A DNA stretch of 62,005 nt, counting the filler, from Jimgerdemannia flammicorona (lineage: Eukaryota): the NCBI GenBank assembly GCA_003990765.1. It is 2 parts of 2 records of this genome, joined end to end, with 100 filler letters (N's around TTAATTAATTAA, not from the genome) between each part and the next. Parts side by side here need not be neighbours in the genome. Positions count along the whole stretch, not along the records: positions 1 to 30,958 come from RBNJ01000416.1; positions 31,059 to 62,005 come from RBNJ01000417.1. One strand, written 5' to 3'. Each line of letters starts with the position of its first letter. Position 1 is the first letter of the stretch. The notes beneath the pieces were generated by a model. The model searched no databases. It worked only from the letters and a program-made list of their open reading frames with translations, and was not told where the DNA came from. This document shows, one piece after another, positions 27,261 to 39,876 of this stretch. The position numbers and the translations under genes are program-made.

Positions 27261-30200
27261 ATGAACGTCGACCCTTCGTCCTCTTCGGACGTCACCGCCG
27301 TCCTCACAGCAGCAGCAACCGCCGTCGCCGATGCCGCTGCCGCTGCGAACCCGACAGCAACAGCAGCGACCTCGAGATCTCTCCTCTCGCTCCTCCCCTC
27401 CTTCCTCTTCAACTCCGTCACATTCGCCACCATCACAATCCCAACTCTACTCTTCCGCGTCTTGACTTGGTCCTTCACTCTGCATCTTAATTTCACCTCC
27501 CTTCTTATCATTCTCGGCATTCTCGCTACTGGGACCTACATCCTTGTCCGCTACCGCGTCCTCACCATATACTCGCGCCTGACGCCCACTGAGGCAACTA
27601 AACCCGCCGCTACTTCCTTCGATCTTCACCCTGACCCCGCAGGCGACAGCGAGTATGCAAAGCCCGAGTTCAAAAATTACCCGGACGAATTTCTCTCGGC
27701 ATTCCTGAGCTCCATCAAAATCTTTGGTTACCTAGAGCAACCCGTCTTCCACGAACTTGCGCGGCACCTGCAGACAAAAAAACTACTCGAGGGTGACACT
27801 CTGTTCCGTAACCCCGAGCAAGAGCGTTCGTTCTATATTGTTGTCGATGGCCACGTTCAGGTCTTCGTAAAGCCCAACAGCCAGCATCGCGGCGATGCCG
27901 GCGACGAGGGCAACACCTTCGGCGACGGCGAGGATCAGGACGAGTTCAGCCAATATCAGCTGTTGAACGAGGTTGGTGCCGGAGGCACACTCTCAAGCCT
28001 GTTCACCATCCTCTCGCTGTTTACTGAGGACACCAAGGTGAAGGGTGAAGAAGATCGCTTGCCGCCCAAGCCCACGCGAAGGGGAAGCGGCGTCCATCTG
28101 GATCCGACTTCCACCGCGGGCGAGGGTGGTTCCGTGAGCCGGGACTCGTCGCAGGAAGGTTGGTCGGCTGTGTTCCCTCACCTCGACAATTCCGACAACG
28201 AGGCCACGATCGAGGGCACCCGCCGCCGAGCCGCCTTGCGTAAATCGGGCAGCCCTTTGGCCAACACCCAGCTGCACACCACGGGCGAGGACTCGGACGA
28301 CGAGGGCGAGGAGACTGCTGACCGACACGAGTATACTGACGAGCCCCGCCGCGTTCGAAAGAACTCGAACGGCACCACCTACACTGGCTACGCCAGCAGC
28401 GGGCGCGGGCGGCGCAATTCGACGGCCTCTCGCGTCTCCCAGGCCACGTACGCTACGAACTATCGCCCGACCTCCGTGCACCCCAATATCGTCGCCCGTG
28501 CTACCGTTGACACGACACTCGTCGTCATTCCTGCGGAGGCTTTCCATCGTTTGACCGAAAAGTTTCCCAAGTCCGCCGCGCACATCGTTCAGGTCATCCT
28601 GACGCGCTTCCAACGGGTCACCTTCCTCACCGGTCATCGGTACCTCGGGCTGACCAAGGAACTGTTGAGGATCGAGAAGACAGTGAACGAGTCCGCGAGT
28701 AACTATTGTCTACCCGCCGACTTCTTCAGGCCGGGTGAGATGGAGCGCTTACGCAAAAAGTTTGTGGGCGGTGGTAAGAAGTACGTCTCGGGGACCACGT
28801 CGGGCGTCGAGGGAGATAACGAAAGGGACGAGCTCAGTGACAATGGGTTGATGGCTCGTTCAGCGAGCTCGAATGGTCGTTTCGCGACTAGGACGAGCAA
28901 CCGTTCCTCTCTCTGGTTGGATCGTTTGGGCGGGTCTGAGGCTTCCGGCCATGTTACATCTCCGAGGCTCTCGCCTGGGCCTATCGAGATTCCCAATTTG
29001 GTGAGCCCAACCAACGCTACCTTCACACATCCCCTCGCCCCTAGCCCGCCACTTCCAACTTTGATGGTGGGTTCCCCGCCTACGAGCAAGTCGCATTTTC
29101 GTCGCGGCTCAGGCTCGGGACTTCAGCAGCCGGAATATGACGAGCAAGACGAGCGCCACCTGCGCAATTCTGTCATGGAATGTCTGTCACGGAGTATGGG
29201 CCTGCCATCTCCCTCGTCGCAACTCGCCGCCCAACCAACCCCCTTCACCTCCCGCTCCACCTCTTCCGCCAGATCCTCAAGCCCGCCGGCCTCGGGCCGC
29301 TATAACCCCTCCAATCTCGACCTCTTCTCGCATACCGGTTCGACCTCTTCACTGCTCGGCTCTACCGTCAACGACTACGACAACCTATCCAATACCTCTC
29401 ACGGCTCGGGCACTAACTCGCCCACGGCTAGCGCCACGGCCAGCGCTACCGGCGTCTTCGACTCCAAGGACGGCAACGACGTTAATATTCTCTTCTTCCC
29501 CAAGGGTTCCATCCTCGTCAAAGAGGGCCAGCGCAACGCGGGCCTCTTCTTCGTCATCGATGGCCTGCTCGACGTCAGCATGAAGCCCGCACAGGGCGAG
29601 GACTTGTCGCTCGGGTCCGCAGTCGCAAAGGCCGAGATGGACGAGGCAGCAAACCGCAAGCATCGTCGCACAGCCAGCAAGAAGGAGCAACCCCAACAAA
29701 AAGGAAGGTCGTCAGGGAAGGGGAAGCAAGAGGGAAGGGGAAAGGAGCGGTCGGACAAGTCCGACAAGCCATTGTTCATGATTAAGGCCGGCGGAATGGC
29801 GGGATATCTAGCGGCGTTGTCGGGATACCCGAGCTTTGTGAATATCCGCGCATCGACGGATACGTACGTCGGGTACCTGTCCAAGCAGAGTTTAGATAGG
29901 ATCATCGAGAAAAACCCGACTGTGATGATGACGCTGGCGAAGAGGATGATCGGGATATTGTCTCCTTTGAGTAGGTATTTTCTTTTTCTGATTTGTTTTT
30001 TTCATCATTCATATTATCCCCCCCCCAGCATATCCTGCCTTTTAGGCATTGATCGGGGCGAGCAAGATACTAAATGGTTACGTTTCATTTGGCTTGGATT
30101 TCATAAACACAGTTCTTCACATCGATTTTGCTTTGGAGTGGGTCCAAGTCGCGGCTGGCCAGATTTTGTACCGCGAAGGTGATCGGAGCGACTCGATCTA

Positions 30201-30920
30201 CATCGTTCTCAACGGTCGTCTCAGGACCATCACGGAAAAGAGCGGTGGTATTGAGATTTTGGCTGAATACGGTCAGGGAGAGAGCGTGGGCGAGCTGGAT
30301 GTGCTGAGTAAGACCGACAATTTTGCTAGTATGAAGGAGTCGATTTCATGCCATGTAATTGCATTCGAACGTAATCTCTGTTGATACGATATATTTATTT
30401 TACGATAGCCGACACACCTCGTCCATCCACCCTCCATGCTATCCGCGATAGCGAGCTCGCACGCATGCCCAAGACCCTCTTCAACACCCTCGCACTCCGT
30501 CACCCAGAGATCACGATGCAAATCTCGCGCATCATCGCCCTGCGCTCCCGGCAAATGATTTACACGACCCTCGGCCCCGGTCAGACCATCTCTTCGACCG
30601 CGCACACCACTTTCCCAGAACTCTACGGCAAGAACAACGTGAACCTCAAGACCATCGGCATTCTCCCCGTCACCGCCGGTGTTCCCGTCGCCGAGTTCGC
30701 TGAGAGGCTTCGCTCCGCCCTCGAGAACTCCGTCGGCGCGAGCACCGTCTTGCTGAACTCAGCAACCGTGACTGCCGTCACGGGTAAGCACGCATTTAGC
30801 CAGATGGGGAAGCTCAAGCTGACGAATTGGTTAGCTGAGCAGGAAGAGCGCGCCAAGATTGTGCTGTACCTAGCGGACAGTGGCGTGACCAGTCAGTGGA
30901 CAAGGACTTGTATTCGTCAG
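27261..30920 (+). CDS. NTE1: Lysophospholipase NTE1 (neuropathy target esterase homolog), 5' part; exons 27261-29970, 30113-30307, 30409-30920; 3' end (patatin domain) lost at contig end
   Basis: N-terminal TM segment, YPDEFLSAFLSSIKIFGYLEQPVFHELARHLQTKKL, IVQVILTRFQRVTF, ILHIDFALEWVQV and PRPSTLHAIRDSELAR (cNMP-binding domains). GT-AG introns keep the frame. Confidence 0.95.
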
Positions 30921-30958
30921 GTAAGTTGGCGGTGAACACTGTTTTTTTTTTTTTTTTT

Positions 30959-31058
30959 NNNNNNNNNNNNNNNNNNNNNNNNNNNNNNNNNNNNNNNNNN
31001 NNTTAATTAATTAANNNNNNNNNNNNNNNNNNNNNNNNNNNNNNNNNNNNNNNNNNNN
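30959..31058. other. Artificial contig-joining linker
   Basis: 44 N + TTAATTAATTAA (stops in all six frames) + 44 N = exactly 100 bp. Confidence 0.95.
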
Positions 31059-31439
31059 TTTTTTTGGCTAAATTTTGTCCTAACAGATGCGAAAGCTCAT
31101 TAGCCGGATTCTCACTATCTGTCGATTGGTGTAATAAGATTGTTTTTATAATTGATACATCTTGCTGAGCATTTTTAATCTAGCAAACTATTTGATACGA
31201 TTGCTAATCTGATATTTTTCATTGTATACGAAAGGTATTTTATTTAATAACTTTTGTAAGCAAAATATTTACAGACAATAAATTTCTATTGTTATTATTA
31301 TTATCACTATTTTGAGTATTTTTTACATTATAGTGAAGAGATAGATGTATCATAAATTGCGAAATGGACTATATTTAGAACATGTCAGATGGATTTGATA
31401 TATCGACACGTATATAGATATCGCACCAATACAGATTCG

Positions 31440-31710
31440 ACAAAATAATTATCCGCACGAGCCGCGCACATCGTTGAGTAGATATACAGCTCGCCGAGAT
31501 AAAGGCATCCGGCGAGATATCAAATGCCGACATCATCGTATCTCCCCGGTTGTCGTCGATGTGTACCTGTTGCTTTGTCTACCAACGTTTCTAGAGCCAT
31601 ATTTGCCAAGCGAGAATCATGAAAACATTAGCCCGCGTATACCGAATTCAGATTCATTCATATTGCGGGCATCGCGGAGGCTTAGTTTTTGGATTGCCTG
31701 CATCTTGTGA
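31440..31710 (-). pseudogene. Possible LRR (F-box/LRR-type) gene relic, duplicated at ~42130-42400
   Basis: Minus strand DVGI*YLAGCLYLGELYI here and VTDVGI*YLAGCPYL in the 42 kb copy resemble the cysteine-containing LRR motif xTDxGLxxLAxxCPxL. The two segments align at nucleotide level. Confidence 0.4.
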
Positions 31711-33089
31711 ATAATCACTTGAAAATTGTCGCTAAAACAAAGCGGTATGTTTCCTGAAAAGTCGGATCTATAGCGACGCTTTGGCAGTAAAGCTTTGAAA
31801 ATTAACCTGTTGGTTTTTAAAGATAATGGATCCTGGCTTCCGAATTCATGTAGTTCTCCGAATTCTTATCTTTCCGCTTGGGCAATTAATTTCCTAAGAT
31901 GACAAAGTTGCTTTTCGCTTGAGTAAATTCCTCTTATTCCGATAAGATGTCACAGGAATCGACGGGGTTTTTTCGTTGTAAGATTGCCACAGAACAGTTT
32001 GAACGCCGCCTGAAGCCCGGATCGACATCTACCATTAACCACAGGACGACGACAATTAACCTCGCTCGGTTGTTAATAGTCGTCGTTCTGCTGATAATCG
32101 TCCTTTAGCCTTTTTGTTCTGGCATCATCTTTGTGTACTGCTACACCCACGACTTGTGTAATTGCCCTTAACGATGGCTCAAAATTACAAAGTAAACGTA
32201 CATAAGTCACCACAAAACGACATCGCATATATAGCAGCGTACACATGTACTTTAATGTATGGTATCCAGGTAAAAGCTGTTTGACGTTAGTTGATTGTAC
32301 ACGATTTGCGCGACGGCAAGCGTGGCCCAGCCGTAGCGGCACTAATGGAATCCAATCGACCATCTCGGAATCATGTTGGGACGGCCGATGATCTAGGCGT
32401 ACTGGTCAAGGGCGGCAGTAGTACTGATATTCACATGTATGACACAAGTATGACACAAGTACTCAATGTATAGCACAGGTACTCAATGTACTGTACCAGT
32501 ACCAGTTGTGAATGCCTCTTTATTAGCGACGAGCAATCAAACGTATATACAGATAAAGCTCGGATCCAATAGAAGAGAGAGGGGCCGACGGTGGATGGCC
32601 GCGTTTGGTATTCCTTTGATTCCGAAGTGGAATCTTCTGCTTTTCTGTTTGTAACTGGTCCACGGACTCCTTGCTTACCTCAAGGTCTGGAGTTTTTCTC
32701 TCGCTTTTTCAAGCGGAACAAACACTATTGTAAGTCTGATGACTCGGCGATGGGCCCTATAACACAAGGTCACTATGATATGTATAAATGACAATATGTT
32801 ACCTCACTAGTGAGCTGCGACTGCATTGCTCCGTTTCCGAAGGCTGGTCGATTTTCATTGACCCCTTTTGTTACGAATGGTGAGCTTCGCCGTCTAGTAA
32901 GTGAATGTTGGGGGATGTTTGTAATGTCATGATCTTTCAGCCAACTTTATTGCTAAGTAATGTAGCAATAATATTACCATAACATCGGCCGAGCCGCAAT
33001 CTTGTCAGTATGCAAATTTCTTTACGAGACGTGTTCCTGAATATAAAATAAAATGTTGTGGGCAATATTTTCAAAAATATATTTTTTAC

Positions 33090-33560
33090 ATTGTGCAGAT
33101 TCGGCTGCAAGATCGATGTTTATGAGGTTTTGCAAAGACTCAATCGATCTTGTGAAATCTCCATCCCTTTCATTTTTTTATTTATTTAATTTATTTCTTT
33201 GGTGATAAACTGAAGCTACACGACGAATCCGTCACGGGATTTGTTAATATAGTGATAGCGTGATGACATGTTGACCTGGCCGTTCCAGTAATCGAAAATT
33301 CCACCTGACATAATCATTGAAATCCATTTCGTAAACGTGCTCCGAGGTGACCTCGAAATTCACGTTCCTGTTAGGAAATTCTCCGGACCGTATCGTGGAT
33401 CGGGTTTTCCGCCACATGGTGACCATCAAACAATCATATGCCCACGGAGCTCCCGAGCGGCCATGTTGAAACTCGTTTCCGAAAACGGTATCGTGCATAA
33501 TTAAGGCGTTTTTCTCGGGTAACGAGGAGGGAACGGGCATTGCTCAGAGCGTGAATGCGT
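33090..33560 (-). pseudogene. Unknown gene C (third component of the repeated unit); relics also at ~37760-38030 and ~43960-44560
   Basis: Shared motifs: D-x-[VI]F[GR]N[EG]F in all three units; NFEVTSEH..DFNDY and RDG[DN]FTRSIE in the 33 kb and 44 kb copies. A conserved CATTGCTCA..CGTGAATGCGTGAC block lies upstream in all three. Confidence 0.5.
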
Positions 33561-34372
33561 GACCGCTTTGTTCTAGCCACGCCTGGTTTCTTTTTGCACG
33601 GATGTCAACGGTGATAACCACCAGAGCATAATGGTCGTTGATTTTAGTTTACTTCAATTTCAATTATATCTTTTGATTAGCACTGACAACCCTCTTCTCA
33701 TCATTGGACATTGTATACACCATCCGCGTTCTCTCTGTCTCTCTGACGCCATCCACAACTTACATAGGCATGTGATCATGTGAACTGATAAGCAGATTCC
33801 AGTGTTTGTGTACTAAGTATTTAACGTAAATGGGGATCGAAAACAAATCCACAATAATGCAGACTGCCTTCCCCAACTATGGTGGGTAACAAACTCGGTT
33901 CTGGACGTGGGTCCCAGTTCTGACTTCGAGGGGGTAACAATCCGGTTGAAATTCTTAAACTCATCGGCGACAAGGCTGTCCAAACCAAAGAATGTCGGAG
34001 GCGGTGGGAAGGTATAGTTGAATAAGAGAATGAAGTTATTCAGTCCGTCATCAGTAGACGTGAAGCTGAGATTTGTTCAGATGCCATAGAAGTATGGTCG
34101 GCAACGTTGTAAGATATTTTTCACAGAATACATGCTTCATCTTGGCGGTGACTTCGGCACCGGAGCCTTTGTGATATAATTACAACCCATATATAAAATC
34201 TCCCTATCACTTAAATATAGAGCACATAGTGACAGATGGTAAAGCACATAACTTAAATTTTCCAACTTCAACATCGTAAAATCGTCACGTACAAGGCGGT
34301 CTTTGTTTTTACGATTCCACTACTAAGTAACCGTTCATATGCACGCGGATATACATTTTATCTCCCACATAA

Positions 34373-35061
34373 TTAAAATATGGACAAGCTATTTGTGGGT
34401 CTTGCGGAAAAAATGTTTTGTTTAAAATCTTGCTGAATATCTTGAATTTCGTCGTCTTCCAATTTGTCATCGAATCCGTTCAGTAGGAAATACGTAACAT
34501 TTTTGCATTCCGGCAAGCTCAGACGGCACCGCTCCAGCATTGTGCGCTTCGATGGAAAAGAGGCGTAGTTTCGCACAACGATCACGTATAGTGGAATACC
34601 TGCGAAAATGGGGGTTTCAGGTCGCAAAGAAGGGACTCTTGTTACTTAATAAACAATTCATAGGAGAAAATAATTACCGAAATCACCACCGGCTCGGGGC
34701 AGCCATTTCATAAGGAACTCGTCTGACTGGTGATCGAATCGTTCATGAGAATAATAAAAATATACAGCTATCGTTGGGCAACTCGGGAATTTCCACCACA
34801 GAGGTAACATTCTGTTATTGAGCTTATCCTTGGTAAAATATACATCTTGAGGTGTTTGAACAATATGTATTTCAGTTCGTAGACATAAAACTGGTGTAGT
34901 GTCAACCGAAGACCAATTTACTTACTATGTTTGGTAGGAGAGGTTATGCCAGGCGGATCGATTTTTTTCGCAATGCGCTCCAACTGTCTTATAACTAAAT
35001 TGTTGGGGCATTCTCCGTTGATGTCGATTGTCCAATATTTTGAGATGGTATTCCCTTCCAT
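34373..35061 (-). CDS. Unknown alpha/beta protein A1 (~176 aa); exons 35061-34926, 34845-34678, 34599-34373
   Basis: GT-AG splicing gives an open frame MEGNTISKYWTIDINGECPN...AVYFYYSHERFDHQSDEFLMKWLPR...PLYVIVVRN...RCRLSLP..NVTYFLLNG. Intron positions are conserved in three paralogs. The start codon is uncertain. Confidence 0.8.
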
Positions 35062-35440
35062 TGATAAAAAGGAATTCAAGACGCAACGCTCTCTTTTCTC
35101 AGGCTATACCCGACACAGCACCTGTTACGGATCGGGCCCGTGGGAAGAAAATCAATAGGGAGCACCGGGAAAAACAATGCCATTTAGAGTACACAATTAA
35201 AAATAAACACAAATTAGATATGGTTAAGATTCCTTCCCGAACTCATTTCGTCGCGATTGAAATAACAATAACGTCATGGTACATAAAGTGTATGTCAGCC
35301 TGACCATTTTGGATTGATAGTACTCTTTGTACGCCCACAGAACAGAACACACAAAACACATGATATATACGTGACCCACCTCGTCAACTTTTGGACATAT
35401 AATCTGAACCGCAAATTTGACAACGAAGTACAAGTGAAAG

Positions 35441-36449
35441 ATGGAGACGAATCACACTGACATCTTTCGCGAACAGCCTCCCACGGATGAGGAAATGGAA
35501 ACCTTCAAAAAATTTCTGAATAATTACAAGATTGGAGACATTAAATCAATAGTCAAGACGCGGCTCAAGAATCAATCCAGCGAGATCCGTATTCTTGTCG
35601 CTGGGGACGTTGGTTCAGGTCTGTATCTGCACCATGTCCACACATAAAACATGAACACTTTAGTAGGTGTGCCATATCTAACGTTTTCCGATGATCTTGT
35701 AATAGGGAAGTCTTCTTTCGTCAAGACTCTGCTGGAGCTTTGTGGTAACCAGAGAGATGCGAGGTTTTTGACGACAGGTGCGGGTGGAGCTTCTCTTAGG
35801 TCGGACACAGCCACCTTGAAATACTATCGACTGACTGAGACAACGGCGACCAAATACTTCATCTGCGACACGCCGGGATTTCCATCTGATCTAGACATTT
35901 CTATGAGGGCCTCTCACGTGAAACGATTCGTGGACGGGTATGGGCATTTGCAAAAATGTATTTGCTGCTCTCAAAAAGTTGTACCCACAAATTTTTGATC
36001 TAACACAGGGTTCATATCAACGGTATAGATACGTCCGCAAAGGTGAAGCTATTTCATACCCCTGCAATATGGTGGAATGGTTTTTCAGCAGAAGATACGC
36101 GGACAGTACAATGGATGCTGTCATATTCATTGCAAGGCCACCCTTGAACGTCAGCGAAGGCAAGTGTAGGTTGAATTCCGACAAACTCGCGTACCTGAAG
36201 AAAATGAGGCAGGCGCTCGAGATGACTCTCGGCTGTAGGCCATTCTTCTTTGTTATTACGGCAACCGACTTGTTGAAATGGACTCCGGAAGATACGGTCC
36301 AAGATATTTTCGAATCATTCGATGGCTGTTCATTCGTCGTGGGGAAGAGAGAAAAAGGAATGTGCATGCCATCCGTCGCTGCCTACACAGAGCTGATAAA
36401 AGGCATATTTGGAAGTATTGAGGAATATCGGCTGAATCATGAAACATAA
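35441..36449 (+). CDS. IFI44-like P-loop GTPase B1 (276 aa); exons 35441-35618, 35706-35937, 36029-36449
   Basis: Spliced G1 IRILVAGDVGSGKSSF, G3 FICDTPGF and G4-like FVITATD. Exon lengths total 831 nt and stay in frame; branch site CTAAC at ~36000. Confidence 0.88.
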
Positions 36450-36999
36450 TTATGTATTATGTACACAGTTACACAAGGAATAGAAGTGTTAATGATATAG
36501 TAACATGCGCGAATAAAACAAACAAAACACTACCTAGGCCACGAAGAAACTCGGCACATTGTTTGCATAAGTCTTGAACGTGTCTGACTGAGCACGTGGC
36601 CCTCTCCAACCGCTGCACATTGTAAATTACCATGACTGGCTTACTAATGCGCACCCTCTCACGATCGTCCACGGATGTCGCTCCAATTCTACTATGTCCA
36701 GCCGCACAATGGCCGCGCCACAGGTGAATATGCTGCATACTATATTAGCAACGACAAGGAGTTGTAAACACAACAATCACGTCTCGACGACCTGAATCTG
36801 CATGCAGCGCATAGCCGAATATATATTTAGAGAATATTGAATGACCGGTGCCCAATTGCGTGGCGTTTGATCGCAAACGGTGCGGCCATTAACTCGTCAT
36901 TTGTTAAAACAGATCCATCTGTGAGTGGTTCTGAGAGGTTCTGGTGAGTTTCCAGGACATTGCTAGGAGCTTGGCATTGTGAGAAGCAGAGCCCAGGGG

Positions 37000-37085
37000 T
37001 TAGAAGCCAGAAGAACTCAGAAGTTAAAAGCCAGAAGTAGCCACAAGCCAGAAGCCAGAAGCCAGAAGCCACAAGTCAGAAGTTC
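37000..37085. repeat. AGCCAGA 7-bp tandem repeats
   Basis: Read directly. Confidence 0.7.
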
Positions 37086-37459
37086 ATTTCTCATAGGTCA
37101 TATCTAGGACCATTTGTATATACTCCTAGTATGAATGTTTGATGTGATTTATTGAATATAGATTTCTAATCAATAATACTAATAGTAACCAAAATTCCAA
37201 CAAAATCGGGAACATCGCTCATTTGGGTGATGATATAATGCGTAACGCCATCTGGATCAATAGCGTCAGATATCAGGGACATCCCCGCCTGCACTGCTAT
37301 CCTCCAACACCTCCAACAATCAAACAATACGGATAAGCACGTAACGATGACAACGATTAAGTGCAGAATGACAATGATAGTACTCTGCATGGGTCAACCT
37401 AGAATACCAACCACTGCGAGGTACTGTCTCATTGGTGGGGTGAGAAATTCGTTGGTCAG

Positions 37460-37716
37460 TACGGCAGGGGGACAAGTCGATGTCGTGAAGCCGCCCGCGG
37501 CCGAGCATGGGGCAGATGCCAATGTCAATGACAACAACGTGCGGAATGAGACTTCTCTGCACAACGTGACGAAGGAAGGCCATGTTGACATTGTGAGGCT
37601 GCCCGTTGCCGAGCACGAGGCGGACCCGAGCGCCAAGAACAAGAATGGATTAACGACGCTTCACCTCGCTGTAGAATACGACGTCGAGATCGTGAGACTG
37701 CTCGTGGCCGAGTTCA
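37460..37716 (+). pseudogene. Ankyrin-repeat gene fragment (~3 repeats)
   Basis: GQVDVVK..EHGADANV, ETSLHNVTKEGHVDIVRL..EADPSAKNKNGLTTLHLAVEYDVEIVRLLV. Prolines interrupt the helices and the fragment ends abruptly at a G-run. Confidence 0.75.
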
Positions 37717-38658
37717 GGGGGGGAGGGGGAGGGGATGGCCCCAAGCTCCCCGGGCTACGCCCAGATGGCAGGTTGTGTATTTGTTCGAACCCATTTCCGA
37801 AAATGGCATCGTCGGCGCTTGAAACGGGTTTGAATTTGTATGGAATATTGGTCATTATTTTGGCAGTATCATGAATTCGTGTGCAGAACCAATGTGGGGA
37901 GTCTCAATGATGAAGGCCTCCGCATTATATGTTGACGACGACGGAGTGGCATGGCGTTCTTCGCGGGTAAAGAGTCAACAAAGAAGCGAGGGGACGGGCA
38001 TTGCTCAATTCGTGAATGCGTGACTATGTAGCATCAAGTTCCTTTTTTAATAAAAAAGATATTTTATATTGTGAGACATACTGCCGACAATCGTCTCATT
38101 GCACATTGCACAACACCGCGTTCTCTGATGCCATCCTTATCTTACAGGACATGTGACTGATGCGCAGCCTTCAGTGTTTGTGTTCTAAGTTTTTGATGTA
38201 AATGGGAATCGAAAACACGAATGCAGGCTGCCCTTCCAAGGTAGTTGACAATGAATAAAGACCGGGTACCCCGGTTACTGGGTTACTGGACATGGGTCCC
38301 AGTTCTGAACCTTATTGACAATGCCGTGGCTCAAGCTGATCGTAGGTGATAATCGTAATTTCATCGGCGACAAGACTGTTCAGGCCAAAGAATGTCAGAG
38401 GTGGTAGGATGGTATAATTGAATAAGAGAATGAAGTTATTTCGTCCATCATCAGTAGACGTGAAACTGAGATTTGTTCTGACAACATTTGTTCAAACCGG
38501 AAGTACGTTTGGCAACCTTGTAAATTCTCCACAGAATACATAGCGCCGCCATGTGGTAGTCATTATTGGACCAAACCACCCCGGGTACCATCGCGGGGCT
38601 AAATCTTTATATGCATGATATCTCCCTCATACAACGTGAACATAATGTCCTCTGCTAT

Positions 38659-39378
38659 TTATTTATCTTGTGAAGGAAATATTCTTTTAAGATCTTGCTC
38701 AATATCTTGTATTTCGTCTTCATCCAATTTGTCTTCGTACCCGTTCAGAAGGAAATATTTGACATTTTTGTATTCCGGCAGGCTCAGACGGCACCGCTTC
38801 AGCAACGAGCTCTTCGATGGAAATTTGACAAAATTTCGCACGACGATCACATATTGTTGGATAGCTGCGAAAATTTGTTTTTCAGATGTCGGCGAAGGAA
38901 TCCTTGTTGGTTTATAGTTCATTGGAGAAAGTACTTACTGAATTTCCCGAGTCGTGGCAACCATTTCTTAAGGAATTCATCTGACTGGTAATCGAATCGC
39001 TCATCAGAATAATGAAAATATACAACCACCCTTGATAATGATATTGTTTGTAATGGACTAAACGGACTTTCCCACCACCGACGATCGTCGAGCGTATTCT
39101 TAGCAAGATCACCTTGAGGTGTTTGAACAGACATGTGTTTTAGCTCGTAGACATAAAAAACGATGTATGGCGACCGAAGATCGAATTTGCTTACCATGGT
39201 AGATGTTAATATCGCCCGCAATGTTAATTTTGTCCGCAATGTTCTTGATCTGTTCTTTCACCGAGTCGTTGGGATATTCGCCGTTGATATCGATGGTCGA
39301 AGTAATGGAAGGGTCTCCATCAGTATGGAAGGACCAAGAGTTGGAAAAAAAATTTCTGGTGCCTGAAATCCAAGCCAT
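38659..39378 (-). CDS. Unknown alpha/beta protein A2 (~187 aa); exons 39378-39195, 39112-38939, 38864-38659
   Basis: Paralog of A1 (TIDINGEYPND, VVYFHYSDERFDYQSDEFLKKWLPR, YVIVVRNF, RCRLSLP, YFLLNG). The spliced frame is intact; an upstream in-frame start near 39519 is possible. Confidence 0.8.
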
Positions 39379-39876
39379 GTCGGTATAATATTCCCTATCA
39401 TTGATAGGAGAGAACCCAAGACGCGGTGCCCCTTTTCTCATACCTCGTCTGTCATGAACCAGGCCCGTGGGAAGAAATCCAGGATGAGTCAAAAAGTTGT
39501 TTTTGTTATTATTGACCATTTAGAGTATATTCCTGGCGTTCCATATAATTATAATCTTAAATTGTCCAAGAACTTGGTATCCTGATATTGAAACAACAAA
39601 CACAAACGCCGTGGTTCACGCTCCATTTGTCAACGTACTATGTGTCACAATAGATATATGCGATGACATTGAATTGTTTATTGTTAAGATTCCCTCGTCC
39701 GCGACACAACGTCATGGTAAATAAAACGTATGTCAGCTGACCATTTTGGATTGATAACATTCTTTGTACGCGCCCACATGATATCACAAAACTAAACATA
39801 CAAAACACATGACTCGTGACCAAAATTTGAATATCTAGACAGCCAAGGAAATTCGACATCGAAGCGCGAATGAAAG

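Noticed and set aside
27993..29905. Long antisense ORFs over NTE1
   Set aside because: Shadow ORFs of GC-rich coding sequence with no motifs.
27207..30182. 991-aa ORF as given
   Set aside because: It starts at a non-ATG codon and reads into intron 1 after 29970. The spliced model from ATG 27261 restores conserved NTE1 motifs.
30921..31058. NTE1 lacking its patatin domain, and linkage of NTE1 to the GTPase array
   Set aside because: The gene is cut at an artificial linker; truncation and adjacency are assembly artefacts.
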